A stretch of 64,000 nucleotides of DNA from Octopus sinensis (taxonomy: Eukaryota). Made by a program: the position numbers and the translations under genes. Shown one piece after another: positions 51,353 to 64,000 of the stretch (position 1 is its first letter; every line of letters begins with the position of its first letter). The stretch lies in NCBI RefSeq assembly GCF_006345805.1, contig NC_042997.1:109864001-109928000 (forward strand). The letters run 5' to 3'. The notes beneath the pieces were generated by a model, which saw only the letters and a list, made by a program, of their open reading frames with translations, searched no databases and was not told the DNA's origin.

Positions 51353-52867
51353 TGTTATGCTCGCCTTTCCTTTACTTTTTCAAGTTTCGTATTTATATTA
51401 TCACCGTAAACTTGAGCCATTTTTTCTCATATAAATATGTTATTTTGTTGGGTTTTTCTCTTCTTTCGTTTCTCTTTCCTCATCCCTCACCCCCCACTCC
51501 CATCATGCACCATTCTGTCCCTCACTCCTCCACCGCCATCCTCTTTCTATATACTCTGCATCTATTAATAAGAACGGCATTCCTGGTCCAGGCGATGAAC
51601 TAACACGGAAAATATAGTTTCCCCTTTTTACTTGTAACCTATTGTGGGTGGTGGTGGTGGTAGTGGTGGTTGTGGAATCTCTGGAGATGGAGAGATTACT
51701 TAAGGCTGTGGGGGTATGAGGAGGGGAAACTGAGGGTGGTGGGTAGAGAACACGTAAAGTATATTACGACTGTATTTGGTGATGACTTCGTTGGAGAAAA
51801 GAGAAAGACAAACGTGAATAGTTTACGGGTGGATTGGAGGGGAGGTTGTTTACTGGTCGGTGAACAAACGCTACTTTGTAACATTTATGATTTACACACA
51901 CACACACACATATACAGAATTACCGTCTTTCCAAAGACAATTGTATCTAAATTTCTATTTACATTTCAACATGTACTCGTTTGATAGTATTTAAGGATTT
52001 GCGTGTGTGAGAGAGATTAATAATAGGGTGGAGACGATAATGCAGAATGCTACACTGCCAGTGACTTCAACCTAGTTTCATCTGTAGCGATACTCGGGAT
52101 TTCTACCCACCCTGAATCCCTTATCTGTCCGGGATAGCTGATTCTTTCAAAACGACATCAAAGGGGTCTTAACTTCGCTTTGTGAAAGAAATCTTACTTC
52201 TTTATTCTAAAAACCCAACAGAAACAAATATTTAAAATAGATCAGACTGAAGGACATTTTAAGCTAGTCAAATGATGCTATGCAACTAACATTAACAGGG
52301 TCCCTACTTTAGAAGAACATGAACCATTTTCGTTAAAGTTTGGGCAAAAACCATCTCGTTTGATCATTGCAATTTTTGGTCATTATTACAAGGTTATCGC
52401 TTGACCTGTGAACCCTCTTATATTTCGGACAAGCGAAAGGACAGCCTCTACACTTTACCTGCTAGAACTAACAACAAAACATCACTTAATTAATAAAGAT
52501 CAACGTTAATATATTATTAATGATTTATTTTTTTTCATGAATCCTCTTATTTTTCTGTTGAGATTGCTTTACCTCTAATTTCTTCGAGGAGGTTCTGTGT
52601 TAATGGCAAAATCTGGACTGTGGTGCAACGGAACAGGGTAAGACTATCCCAGAATTACAAAGCATTTTCATATTTACTTCTGTTTTAATTCCACATCTTA
52701 CCTTTTTCTCTCCCCCTTTTCCCCCCTCTTCCAGTTCTCTTTTCTCTTGGAAAGACTGTCTTTGAGAAATGCGACGAGGTAGAAAGACCATCAATTCCTT
52801 TTGTTCTCTGCCCCCTTTTTCTTATTTCAAACGTATTTCATTACATCTTCCTGGTTTTTGTCTACCT

Positions 52868-53226
52868 TAGTGGTTCTCAGTCGGGGTCCATACAACGCCT
52901 GGGGTTCCATATATGATTTTTGGGGGGTGGGGCCAGGGTCGTTCATGAAAAAATGTTTCTTTAGATGTACCTATTGCAAGAAACAACTAGGTTTTTTTTT
53001 TATTCAACGCTTCGTACAGTTCAACATGTTTCTGGTCCCTGAAAGATGTTCCCTCGAGGAGTGTAATTGCAAACCTATACAAGTGAAAGCCTACAAAACA
53101 AAATAGGGATCTTGAAAGAAGTATCTCTAAAACTCGTTTTGAAACATTAATTGGCTGTTGGGGTCCACCAGAATGAAACGGTAATCAAGGGGGTTCAAAG
53201 ATTTCGAAAATGGTTGGGAACCACTG
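52868..53226. mobile_element. hAT (Charlie-like) MITE
   Basis: Ends TAGTGGTTCTCAGTC and GGTTGGGAACCACTG (CAGTGGTTCCCAACC type); flanking 8-mers GTCTACCT / GTTTACAT match 6 of 8 as a decayed TSD. Confidence 0.7.
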
Positions 53227-53459
53227 GTTTACATGCTGAAAACCGAAACCCCACATTGGGACTTCTCTCTGGGTAACCCTTCGTATCAATGCCTTCTGTG
53301 GAGGCTCTCTAGTGAACGAGTTAGTTTGGTAGGGATCTAATATAGCAATGCCCTTTATGGAATTTCACTGACCCTTTTGAGGGGACGAATAACAGAAGGT
53401 ATCTGCATTGCTGGTTTGAATGCTTACCATAGATTCGCTAAAAACGTTTGATGGTTTAT

Positions 53460-54260
53460 ACGAACAAACACACACACAACACCACTCCACACATGCACAC
53501 ACACACAACATCACTTCACACACACATACACAACACCGCTCTACACACACACAAACACCACTCCACCATAAACACACACAACACCACTCCACATACACAC
53601 AACACAGCACCACTCCGCCCACACACACACACAACACTACTCCAGGCACACACAACACCACTCCACACATACACACATGCAAACCGCTCCACATACACAA
53701 CAGCACTCCACCATACACACAGAACACCACTCCACCATACACACACACACACACAAACACCACTCCACCTACACACACACGCAACACCACTCCACACATA
53801 CACACACATACACACAACACATACAAACACATACACATACACACACACACAACATCACTTCACACACACATACACAACACCGCTCTACACACACACACAC
53901 CACTCCACCATAAACACACACAACACCACTCCACACATACACACACACACAACACCACTCCACACATACACACACACATACAAACACACACCACACACAC
54001 ACACACACACACCACACACACACACACAAACACCACTCCACCATACACACAGAACACCACTCCACCATACACACAGAACACCACTCCACCATACACACAC
54101 ACACACAAACACCACTCCACCTACACACACACGCAACACCACTCCACACATACACACACATACACACAACACATACAAACACATACACATACACACAACA
54201 CATACAAACACACACACACACACACACACCACACACACACAACACCAATCCACGTACACA
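53460..54260. repeat. CA-rich minisatellite (ACACCACTCCAC(AC)n units) with a roughly 350-bp higher-order duplication
   Basis: AACATCACTTCAC..AACACCGCTCTACAC recurs at about 53507 and 53851; CAGAACACCACTCCACCATAC recurs at about 53720 and 54050-54075. Confidence 0.9.
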
Positions 54261-55393
54261 CATTCACTCCCATTCAGTCAGAAACTAAAAATCTTGCACA
54301 GGTGACGTTACTAATAATAATAATAATAATAATATAATAATAATAATAATAGTGGTCCGAGTTATTCATGTAAAAATATGAGTAGAGATCAAATGAAAGA
54401 GAGTGGAACGATATGAAAAGTTGGAATAATAAACAGTTTGAATGTGTGTAGTCCAGATGATGGGGGGGGGGTAGTAGGGGGATGCAGGGAAAGGTGGGGG
54501 GGGGGGGTTAAATATGGAGGTAATTGACAGCCCAGGTGATAGAACTTTACTATGTATTGCCAGCCTACATCTTCCTGTCGCTGTATACATATACTTATCG
54601 TTTTATATTTTGTGTGTGTGTGTATCTGTATGTCTATGTATACGTACCAATCGTTATACGCATACATATTTATAAATACAAATAAGTATGTCTACACATT
54701 CATATCTATCTACCAATAACGTACATACACACACATACACTAGATTGCTAGATAAGTATATACTAGGAAATTTGTTTATATATATATGCACATAAACATA
54801 TGCATATATTTATCTATGTACGTGTGTTCAAATATACATACATACATGCTTACATGCGGTAGAGGTAACTCTAGTACAGGTGATGGCTGCCGACGAGCAG
54901 AGAGTGTGTGTGTGGAGATAGATAAGGGGATATGGAAGTTTTGGAACCGTGTAAGTTGTACCTGTGTGTGTGTGTGTGTATACCTGTGTGTGCGCGCGCA
55001 CGGGAGGGGCGTGCTGGGTGTGAGAGAAAGATCTTAATTGATTTTGTGACGTGTAATCGTTTTACCTTTTTGCAGCAGTATGAACTGGCAGATGTTGTGA
55101 TATCGTTTAGGGAGATGATCAAGGTGATAATGGTGATGGTGATGCTGATGATAATGGTGATGATGGTGATGATGGTGATGGTGGTGGTGGTGGTGGTGGT
55201 GACAGGCAAGAAGAAATATATTAAAGAAAAGAGAGGAAAATGAAAAGAAAATAAATATAAAAGTTTAGCCACCCCCCCAAAAAAAACCGTGAGGCGGAGG
55301 TGAAGTACCGAAAGATAGCTGATATGCACTTCAACATATGTTTGTGTATCAGTGTGACATATCTATTTAGCTGTCTTTCTCTCTCCCCGTATA

Positions 55394-55449
<56 letters not shown>

Positions 55450-55939
55450 AAACAGTACCGAGTGTGTATCTCTCCCCTCTGTGCCTTATAAACCTAGTGC
55501 ACCACCACCCTCATTTTGCCATCCGGCAAATGGTTCTGTCGACCTGTCATCTGTTCTTCAAACTCTGGAATACAGAAAGCAGGCATTTTTTTTTGTTTTG
55601 TTTATTCATAGTTGGTTTGTGATTGCATTTCAAGATACTGAACTTTAACAACGTTTTACTCACTTTCCAACACCCGTTACCACCATATATATATATGTGT
55701 ATATGTGTATATATGTGGTAGGTTTTTGTTGAAGTTCCATAGATTTATTAAAATGTACAAGTATCGACATTTCGCGAAATAATAGCAACATCTGCCAAAC
55801 ATTTACCATTTTCTTCATCTGATTCTTCGCTCTGCTGAAGCAATTTCTGGTGCTTTGGTTCATCCATATGGCATCTGTTATACGTACATTTTTTTCTCCG
55901 TAATATCTCCAATCGGTGTGTGTGTGTGTTTATGTATAT

Positions 55940-55962
55940 ATTATATATATATATATATTATA

Positions 55963-55993
<31 letters not shown>

Positions 55994-55995
55994 CG

Positions 55996-56040
<45 letters not shown>

Positions 56041-56097
56041 GATAGATGGTCTGTTGAAATACATATCTATGAATATATGTTGAAATATTTCTCTCTC

Positions 56098-56145
<48 letters not shown>

Positions 56146-56264
56146 ATACATATATAAGATAATTATATATATTATATATATATTATATACATATATATAT
56201 ATACATATATATATATACATATAATATATACAATATATATATATATATTATATATACTATATAT

Positions 56265-56308
<44 letters not shown>

Positions 56309-56535
56309 TAGATATACATATATATATATATAATATATATATTATACATATATAGATATATATACATATAACATATATAATATATATATACATATATATA
56401 TATATACATTATATATATATATATTATATATATATACATACATTACATTACTTTATATACATACATACATATACTTATATATACATACATGCATAATATA
56501 CTTATATACGCATATCTACACATTCATTGTATATA

Positions 56536-56612
<77 letters not shown>

Positions 56613-56620
56613 GAAAGGGG
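55940..56620. repeat. (TA)n/(GATA)n/(CT)n microsatellite block
   Basis: Seen directly. Confidence 0.92.
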
Positions 56621-57133
56621 GAGGGAGAGATGGAGAGAAAGAGAGAAAAGTATTTCAACAATCCGTTACGAAGATACGACAATGAAGTTGAAAAGAGGAA
56701 AACATTTTGCAAAGGCAAGAAAATCTATCAACAATTTAAGGTGAGCTTCATAGAGAACCAGAATAGACATGGCGTTTTTTTTCTTCTCACCACACACACA
56801 CACATACACACACTCATACACACGCACGCACACAAACACATCTGTGTTTTACTGTTTGAAACACTGAAGAAGTCCTAATGAAAAGAAATCTAGAAAGAAC
56901 AATGAGTAAGATGTGGAGATGAAGACAGGAGTATTTGAAGATGGGGGAATAGGGTGAAGGGGGAAAAGGAAAGTAGAAGGTAAAGAAAATTGGGAGGCAA
57001 AGAGCGAGTAAATACAATGGTGGAGCGAAAAGAAGAATTTGGTAAGCAAAAAAAATGTTCTTCCTGCTTTCAAAACCGAGATGGTTTTGTGTGAAAGAAG
57101 GAGAAAGAAGAAGACAGAAACGAACCAAATAGA

Positions 57134-57170
<37 letters not shown>

Positions 57171-57377
57171 TAGAGATAAAGAATGGGGGGAAAGTGTTGT
57201 CGTTGGATTCTACTGTCAGCGTATGTATGTGTTTATATATGTGTGTGTGTCTGTTTTAACAATGTTGGTGTATGTGTGTGTGCGTGTCTTCAACTCGTTG
57301 CTTCTTGTAGATTCTAGACTGTTAGTGATAAATCTATGACACACACACACACACAAATCTATCCAAATACTCACTTA

Positions 57378-58229
57378 TATTGGATCGAGGAATAATTCGC
57401 GAGCTTTTTTCTTTTTTCAAATTTAAAAATGGACGCAGAAATAAAACGCATCGGCAAAATGTTTTGTTGTTTGAAAGAGAATGTTTTGCTCTACTGGACA
57501 ATGTATTTTGATTTTTCTAGTTTCATTGATTTTTGTGTATTTTCAGATTATTAAAATGGAATGTCGAGTGGACAAAACTGAGCATTTTCGACACCATTTG
57601 CTTTTTGCATTTAATCGAAGCTGCTTGTGAGATTTGTGTTGTGTATGGAGAAGCAGCAATGCCTCAAAATACCACCACCCGTTGGTTTTTTGCGCTTCAA
57701 AAAATGGGAATTTTGACCTCAAGGACGGATTAAACATCGGTCGACCAACTGAGTTCCATGAGGACCGATTGAATCAACTTCTTTGCGATAATCCACGTCA
57801 AACGATCAGAGAAATGGCGGTACAGATGGATTGTGATAAAAAAAAAAAACTATGTTGAATCACCTTCACTCAATGAGCAAGGTTCATCGAGCTCAAATCG
57901 TCGAGCGGTGTGTGATCCGCTCCTGAGGTGGGCGCTACTTTGAAGCATTGCCCCTTCTCTATACACAGTACAAATCTCGCGAGCAGCTTCGACGGGCTTA
58001 ACACATCGGTTAGATGCAAAAAGCAAATGGTGTCGAAAATCCTCAGTTTTGTCCACTTGCCATTCCATTTTAATAATCTGAAAATACACAAAAATCAGTA
58101 AAATTTAAAAATCAAAACACACTTTTAGAGCAAAAAATTCTCTTTCAAATAACATAAAACATTTTGTCAAATCATTTTATTTCTGCGTCCATTTTTAAAT
58201 TTGAAAAAAAAAAACGCTCATGAATATTT
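57378..58229. mobile_element. Mariner relic consisting of two inverted 5' ends (fold-back, non-autonomous)
   Basis: + strand frameshifted MECRVDKTEHFRHHLLFAFNR / EAACEICVVYGEAAMPQNTTTRWF / GNFDLKDGLNIGRPTEFHEDRLNQLLCDNPRQTIREMA. - strand MEWQVDKTEDFRHHLLFASNRCVKPVEAAREICTVYREGAM. Both are mariner N-terminal HTH regions. Left end TA|TATTGG; 57400-57620 is mirrored at about 58000-58225. Confidence 0.9.
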
Positions 58230-58300
58230 AACAGAGCCGAGTCCGATTCGGGTTTAATTAAGGGGTCTCTGTTTCAATGCTCCTCTCTCTCTCTCTCATA

Positions 58301-58347
<47 letters not shown>

Positions 58348-58500
58348 AGAGGCGCAGTTGTAGTTGTATGTTAAAAAGTTTGTTTTCCAACTTCATGGTT
58401 CCAGGTTCAGTTCCACCGCGTGGCACTTTGGGTGAGTGTTTTCTTCTATAGCCTCAGGCTGGTAAAAGCCTTGTGAATGGACTTGGTAGGCGGAAACGGA
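58348..58500 (+). mobile_element. SINE family B, 5' half, fused tail-to-tail with family A copy
   Basis: GGCGCAGTTGTAGTTG..GGTTCAGTTCCACCGCGTGGCACTTTGGG. Confidence 0.8.
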
Positions 58501-58502
58501 AA

Positions 58503-58844
58503 ATCGACCCCAGTGCGTAACTGTTACTTAATTTATCGACCCCGAAAGGATGAAAGGCAAAGTCGACCTCGGCAGAATTTGAACTCAGAACGTAGCAGCA
58601 GACGAAATACCTATTTCTTTACTACCCACAAGGGGCTAAACACGGAGGGGACAAACAAGGACAGACAAACGGATTAAGTCGATTATATCGACCCCAGTGT
58701 GTAACTGGTACTTAATTTATCGACCCCGAAAGGATGAAAGGCAAAGTCGACCTCGGCGGAATTTGAACTCAGAACGTAACGGCAGACGAAATATGGCTAC
58801 GCATTTCGCCCGGCGTGCTAACGCTTCTGCCAGTTCGCCGCCTT
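58503..58844 (-). mobile_element. SINE family A, long form, well conserved
   Basis: Close reverse complement of 4432-4760. Confidence 0.92.
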
Positions 58845-59590
58845 AAACATTTAAAATGTTGTGTATATTATTTATTTAAAACCCAGTCTTCCAAGTTAAA
58901 GCATCTTTTCTCCGTTGAGCGCAGATCTTCAGAAATATTCTAACTTATTTCGAGCAGGGAAACATGTTATCATAAAACACAAGATATTCTTTTCGGTATT
59001 CTTTATCGCCTGCTCAATAAGGAAGGAATTTCGGTAGTAATGGAGGCCCTATATCCGCTACGTTTTCTGATACTTGATGGCGGAGAAACATCTTCAAGTA
59101 TATGATCCGACAATCCTAAGTTGACTGTCTACCCCTCTGATATTACTGTGTCTGCTTTTAGTTTTATACAAAAATTAAAAGTGCTCGATGCATTAGCAAT
59201 GTGTAGAGTCTCTGGCAATGGCGGATTAGTCTGACGAATTATTTCTTCTTAACGACACGTTTAATGAGCTTAACATCTGAGAACCGTACAAAAATTTGGG
59301 CAGGAGGGAGTAATCCAGTTTATCAACACACTGTGAGACTTGTGTGTGTGTGTGTTTTCCCAGTTTGACACAGAACTTTATTACATACCTGAATGCATTC
59401 TGCAAACTAGTCAACTGTGACAAGCAGTGTTTAGCAGGGTGTCTCCAAAGTGTTGTTACAGCTGTCTCCTTTAATTTGAAATGACAAAAGGTGACCGGGC
59501 ATTAGATGTGTAGTAATGATGTCTCAAAACATGTGGAATACACCTCGTATATCCATGTGCGTGTGTATATATGTGCATAATTGTGTATGT

Positions 59591-59648
<58 letters not shown>

Positions 59649-59709
59649 ATATATATGTATATATATATATGTATATATAATATGTACATTATATGTACAT
59701 AAATATATA

Positions 59710-59760
<51 letters not shown>

Positions 59761-60644
59761 TCACACATACACACACAGTGCTAGTTGTTCTAGTTGTTGA
59801 ATGGGAGAAAATTGGAATAGCTATAAAAAATGCAATGAATAAATAAGATTTTCAATCGAATTAGGTTCAATTTCAGCTGTTCGATTTTGTGCTGAATCTA
59901 CAATAAAATATAAATATAATTAATGTTGTTATCGCAAATGATTTGTTTGCTGTATTAATCGATAATCCTTAATCTTTATGAGTTTATTCTCCTCCCTTCC
60001 AATCCTTTCTCACGTTCATCATTCGCAGTATCTTTTTCCTCCCCTTTTTTTCTTTTCCTTCAGAAACTTAAACAATATCGATAATTTGGTAAATATTCAA
60101 AAACTGTCGAAATATAAGAGATACTTGTGTTTACTTAAAATGTGTGTGTGTCTGTGTATTTGTGTGTGTGTGTGTGCGTGTGTGTGGTGTGTGTGTGTAG
60201 GGAGAGAGAGAAAGAGAGAGTGCATTTCTAAATATATAGAAATATATTTATGTGTGTATATATCTTTAGAAAAGTTGTATTTTGGTAAAAATATTTCGTT
60301 ATTTTTAAATAATCGAAATAAGCAATCGTGTGTGTGTATGTTTCTAACGAGAAATATATGAAGATATATTTGATATATATATATAATATATATATATATA
60401 ATATATATATATATATCTGAAGATATATATATCTGAACCGATTTGGCTTTTGTCCTTCTGAATCTTCAGCAGCAAAAATCAATAATTGAAAGTGGGCAAC
60501 AAAATTTTATACTGTATTCGTATTAACGTCTATCGTTCCATACTTGCATGGGTTAGGCAGTTTGTGTCAAGGCAGATTTTCTACAACCGGATGCCCTTTC
60601 TGTCACCACTTATCACCTGTTTCCAAATAATATTTCTCCATTGG

Positions 60645-60838
60645 AAGGCAGCAAGCTGGTCGTCAGCATGCCGGGCGAAATGCTTAGCGGTATTTCGTTC
60701 GTCTTTACGTTGACTTGTGCCGAGGTCGACTTTGCCTTTCAATAAAGTCGATAATTTTAGTACCAGTTGCATACTGCGTCGATCTAACTGACTGGCCCCC
60801 TCCCCCCAAAATTTCGGGCCTTGTGCTCAGAGTTGAAA
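60645..60838 (+). mobile_element. SINE family A with internal deletions
   Basis: GCCGGGCGAAATGCTTAGCGGTATTTCG..GAGGTCGACTTTGCCTTTC..CCCCAAAATTTCGGGCCTTGTGC. Confidence 0.82.
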
Positions 60839-60939
60839 ATAATATTTCTCCATTAGTAAACATGTTTTCACAGAACTCTGACAGTGAAGGACATTTATTT
60901 ACAACAATCACACCAGGTCAAGACAAGGACACACATGCT

Positions 60940-60994
<55 letters not shown>

Positions 60995-61019
60995 TCACAC
61001 ACACACATTCACACACACA

Positions 61020-61057
<38 letters not shown>

Positions 61058-61058
<1 letters not shown>

Positions 61059-61180
61059 GACGGGCGTATTTCAGTTTATACGTACCGAATCCAGTCGCAA
61101 AGCTTTAGTCAAGCCGGCTGTGGTTGAAGAAATCTTCCCAAGGTGCCACGTAATGGGGCTAAACACGAAAGCATGCCATG
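61058..61180 (-). mobile_element. SINE family B fragment, decayed
   Basis: AAAGCTTTAGTCAAGCCGG..CCCAAGGTGCCACG. Confidence 0.65.
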
Positions 61181-61434
61181 TGACGGCTTATTTTCGCAGT
61201 ATATTTTTTACCACCTTCAGTAATATCAGGAAATATGCCATGCACATAATAATTATCAACTTTTATCAAATTTCTTGATTCTTATTCAAAATTATGAAAC
61301 TAATTTTAAAAATAATAATATTAATTACATTAAAATATAATTGAAACAGAATTCTTATTTGTGTAATTTATTCCTTCTGCCCCCTCAGTCTCTGATTTTT
61401 TTTCTCTTCGTTCATCTACCTCTGAATCTAATAG

Positions 61435-61483
<49 letters not shown>

Positions 61484-61515
61484 CTCTCCCTCTTTATCTA
61501 GCTCTATTTCCCTCC

Positions 61516-61568
<53 letters not shown>

Positions 61569-61697
61569 TATGTATCAGTCTTCTGGTTTCCCCTTCTCTC
61601 TATACAATGTAAAGCTTGAAAGCGTTATGGGAAAAACCACTTAACCAGCCAACCAACCAATCTGCCTTTATATCGGTTGTTATTAAACTAAGATGAG

Positions 61698-61862
61698 ATG
61701 GCGAGGTGACAGACATGTTAGAACGCCGATCCGTCTTCCCGGCGCGAGTTCAATTTCTGCTCGGTTCGACTTTGCCCTTCATCCAATTGCGATCAATAAA
61801 ATAAATACCCGTTGAGCACGGTCATCGATTAACTCCCCTTCCCCAAAATTTCACACCTTCTA
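61698..61862 (+). mobile_element. SINE family A, strongly decayed
   Basis: GGCGAGGTGACAGACATGTTAG..GAGTTCAATTTC..TCGACTTTGCCCTTCATCC. Confidence 0.65.
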
Positions 61863-62228
61863 CCTTGATAGGATTACTAATATAATCCAAAATTATTTGC
61901 AAGCTTTAGATTAGCCACACTCAGACGTCGTTCCTTTTATCGTCTCAATTTTCTGGTCTTAGAGGAATGTTCTGTTATCTTGGATCTAAAGAATTTTACT
62001 GAGATATTGAGATCTAGGCCATAATTAAGACAATCTCATGTTATGGCCTCACATCGAGTGTTTAAAAGCTTTCAGGGATGGCTTTCTTTTTCTTCCTCTC
62101 TACTTAAAAATACACTAGTTAGATGTTTATACTGATTACATGTGTTTGTGTGCGGGTGGAGGGGTATGCGTGCGTTGGTGAGTGGGTGTGTATAATTGTA
62201 TTGTGTTATTATTATTATTATTAGCAGC

Positions 62229-62265
<37 letters not shown>

Positions 62266-62440
62266 AGGCGGTGAGCTGGCAGAATCGTTAGCATACAGGG
62301 CAAAATGCTTAGCGGCATTTCGTTCTGCGTTCAGATTCCGCCAAGGTCGACTTTGCCTTTCATCCTTTCGGCGTCGATAAATCAAGTACCAGTGAAACAC
62401 TGGCGTCGATGATTTCTGTCCTTATGCCTATGGTAGAAAG
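62266..62440 (+). mobile_element. SINE family A
   Basis: AAGGCGGTGAGCTGGCAGAATCGTTAGC..GGTCGACTTTGCCTTTCATCCTTTCGGCGTCGATAAA; ATT tail. Confidence 0.88.
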
Positions 62441-62443
62441 GAC

Positions 62444-62506
<63 letters not shown>

Positions 62507-62642
62507 CGCCTGGCTGAACTTCACACCATGATTCTCATCGACATACAGGAGTTATCTCCCTTGGATACTTACATAAACTATAGTTTTTACTAACACCCAA
62601 TAATAATAATAACAATAATCCTAATAACTGTGTTTAATTGTA

Positions 62643-62905
62643 GAGGTGCGTGGCTAAGTAGTTAGGGTGTTCGGATCACGAACGTAAGGCCGTGAGTTCG
62701 ATTCTCGGTGGGGTGTTGTGTCCTTGAGCAAGGCGCTTTATTTCTCATTGCTCCAGTCCACTCAGCCTTGTCAGATTCCGTGTCAAACTGAATCTCCTTG
62801 AAAACTACATTAAGGTGCACTCAACCACTTGCATATTAATTTCACGAGCAGGCTGTTCCGTTGGTGGGTCAGTTGGAACATTCTCCGTCGTCGTAACCGA
62901 ATGAG
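62643..62905 (+). mobile_element. tRNA-derived SINE family C
   Basis: A box TGGCTAAGTAG, B box GAGTTCGATTC, then GTGTCCTTGAGCAAGGCGCTTTA and CACGAGCAGGCTGTTCCGTTG. Confidence 0.85.
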
Positions 62906-63559
62906 ATCCATGGCATTTAGCTCAGGTCTGGTTATTTAAGATATTGAAAACCATCGAAAATAGTCGATGCCGCCTCATCATTATTCCAGAATACACAAAC
63001 TGAAGACAAACTATCTGGTAATGTCCCCGATTCAGGGGCAAAACTTTCTTTCTTCCTCTCACGCACACACAAATTATTTTGACCCATTCTTCATCCAACA
63101 GCAGCGGTTGGAGTTAACTATGTTCTCTATTAAAATTGACATCATTGCTGTTAGAGTAGGACATGGTTGCTTTTTGAAGGTTACGTTCAACGGGGAAGGT
63201 CATCTTCAATGTTGATAGTGAGTTCCTTTGATCTTCTTTCATTATCTCCAGTTAACAGAATGACATTTTCGGTTTCAGTACATGCGAAATCTCAGATTAA
63301 AAAATAGAAAACAGCGATTAAGAATATGTAATGTTAATGTGTTTTCCAAGGATATTCATAGATGAAATTGAGAAGGGTTCCATCTGGTTTGTGGGACGGG
63401 AGGGGGTTGCTCGGCATAAAGTCACAGAGTTGACTCATCTTGGAGAGTTACCTCCCATCCCCCACAACCACCACCCGCTTTTTCACTATTTGCAGAGAGA
63501 AGATAACAGAGATCCCATATATGAGATATATTTGATAATATCAGGAGAGGCTTCTTGTG

Positions 63560-63609
63560 AGGGGAGGAAGGGGAGGAAAATAGAGACAGACAGATAGATA
63601 GATTGATAG

Positions 63610-63673
<64 letters not shown>

Positions 63674-63995
63674 GATGAGAGAGAGAGGTACATAGATAGA
63701 TAGATGATAAGAGATAGATACATAGAGAGAGAGATATACATAGATAGATAGATGATGAGAGAGAGAGGTACATAGATAGATAGATGATAAGAGATAGATA
63801 CATAGAGAGAGAGATATACATAGATAGATAGATGATAAGAGAGAGAGAGATAGATGATGAGAGAGAGGGAGAGAGAGAGAAAGATAGAGAGATAGATGAT
63901 GAGAGATTGATAGATAGATAAATAGATAGATGGATGGATAGATAGATAGATAGACAGATAGATAGATAAAAAGAGGATAGAGAGAGAGAGAGACT
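63560..63995. repeat. GATA/GA satellite with an exact 80-bp tandem duplication
   Basis: 63661-63740 is repeated at 63741-63820. Confidence 0.92.
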
Positions 63996-64000
63996 GTAAT

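Noticed and set aside
53365-54337. 300-aa His/Thr-rich ORFs
   Set aside because: Products of the CA-rich minisatellite; open in nearly all frames.
62643-62720. tRNA-like heads here and at about 50270-50340, 9776 and 37466
   Set aside because: A/B boxes are present but there is no cloverleaf acceptor stem, and each runs into a SINE body; not tRNA genes.

Overview
Repeat-saturated, AT-rich eukaryotic DNA. The microsatellite load and SINE families look like Octopus (inference from sequence style, not verified). The only host coding sequence I can support is one 181-nt internal exon of prickle (3250-3430, + strand, start of the PET domain). I found no neighbouring exon, so most of the window may be one large intron, but a 100-N gap at 6165-6264 makes that linkage uncertain. 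The rest is microsatellites, at least four tRNA-derived SINE families (about 30 copies), a 5S rRNA pseudogene, DNA-transposon relics (mariner fold-back, Tc1/mariner 3' end, pogo-like MITEs, hAT MITE, non-autonomous Helitron, palindromic MITE) and possible LINE/piggyBac debris. The main unexplained signal is a set of about 10 minimal type I hammerhead-ribozyme motifs from several unrelated sequence families, of the kind carried by Penelope-like elements. One (44761-44818, - strand) has every core nucleotide and all three helices. Every copy with an intact core is antisense to prickle, while every sense copy is mutated. Nearly all ORFs in the supplied track are microsatellite artefacts. All alignments and folds were done by eye; repeat boundaries are approximate.
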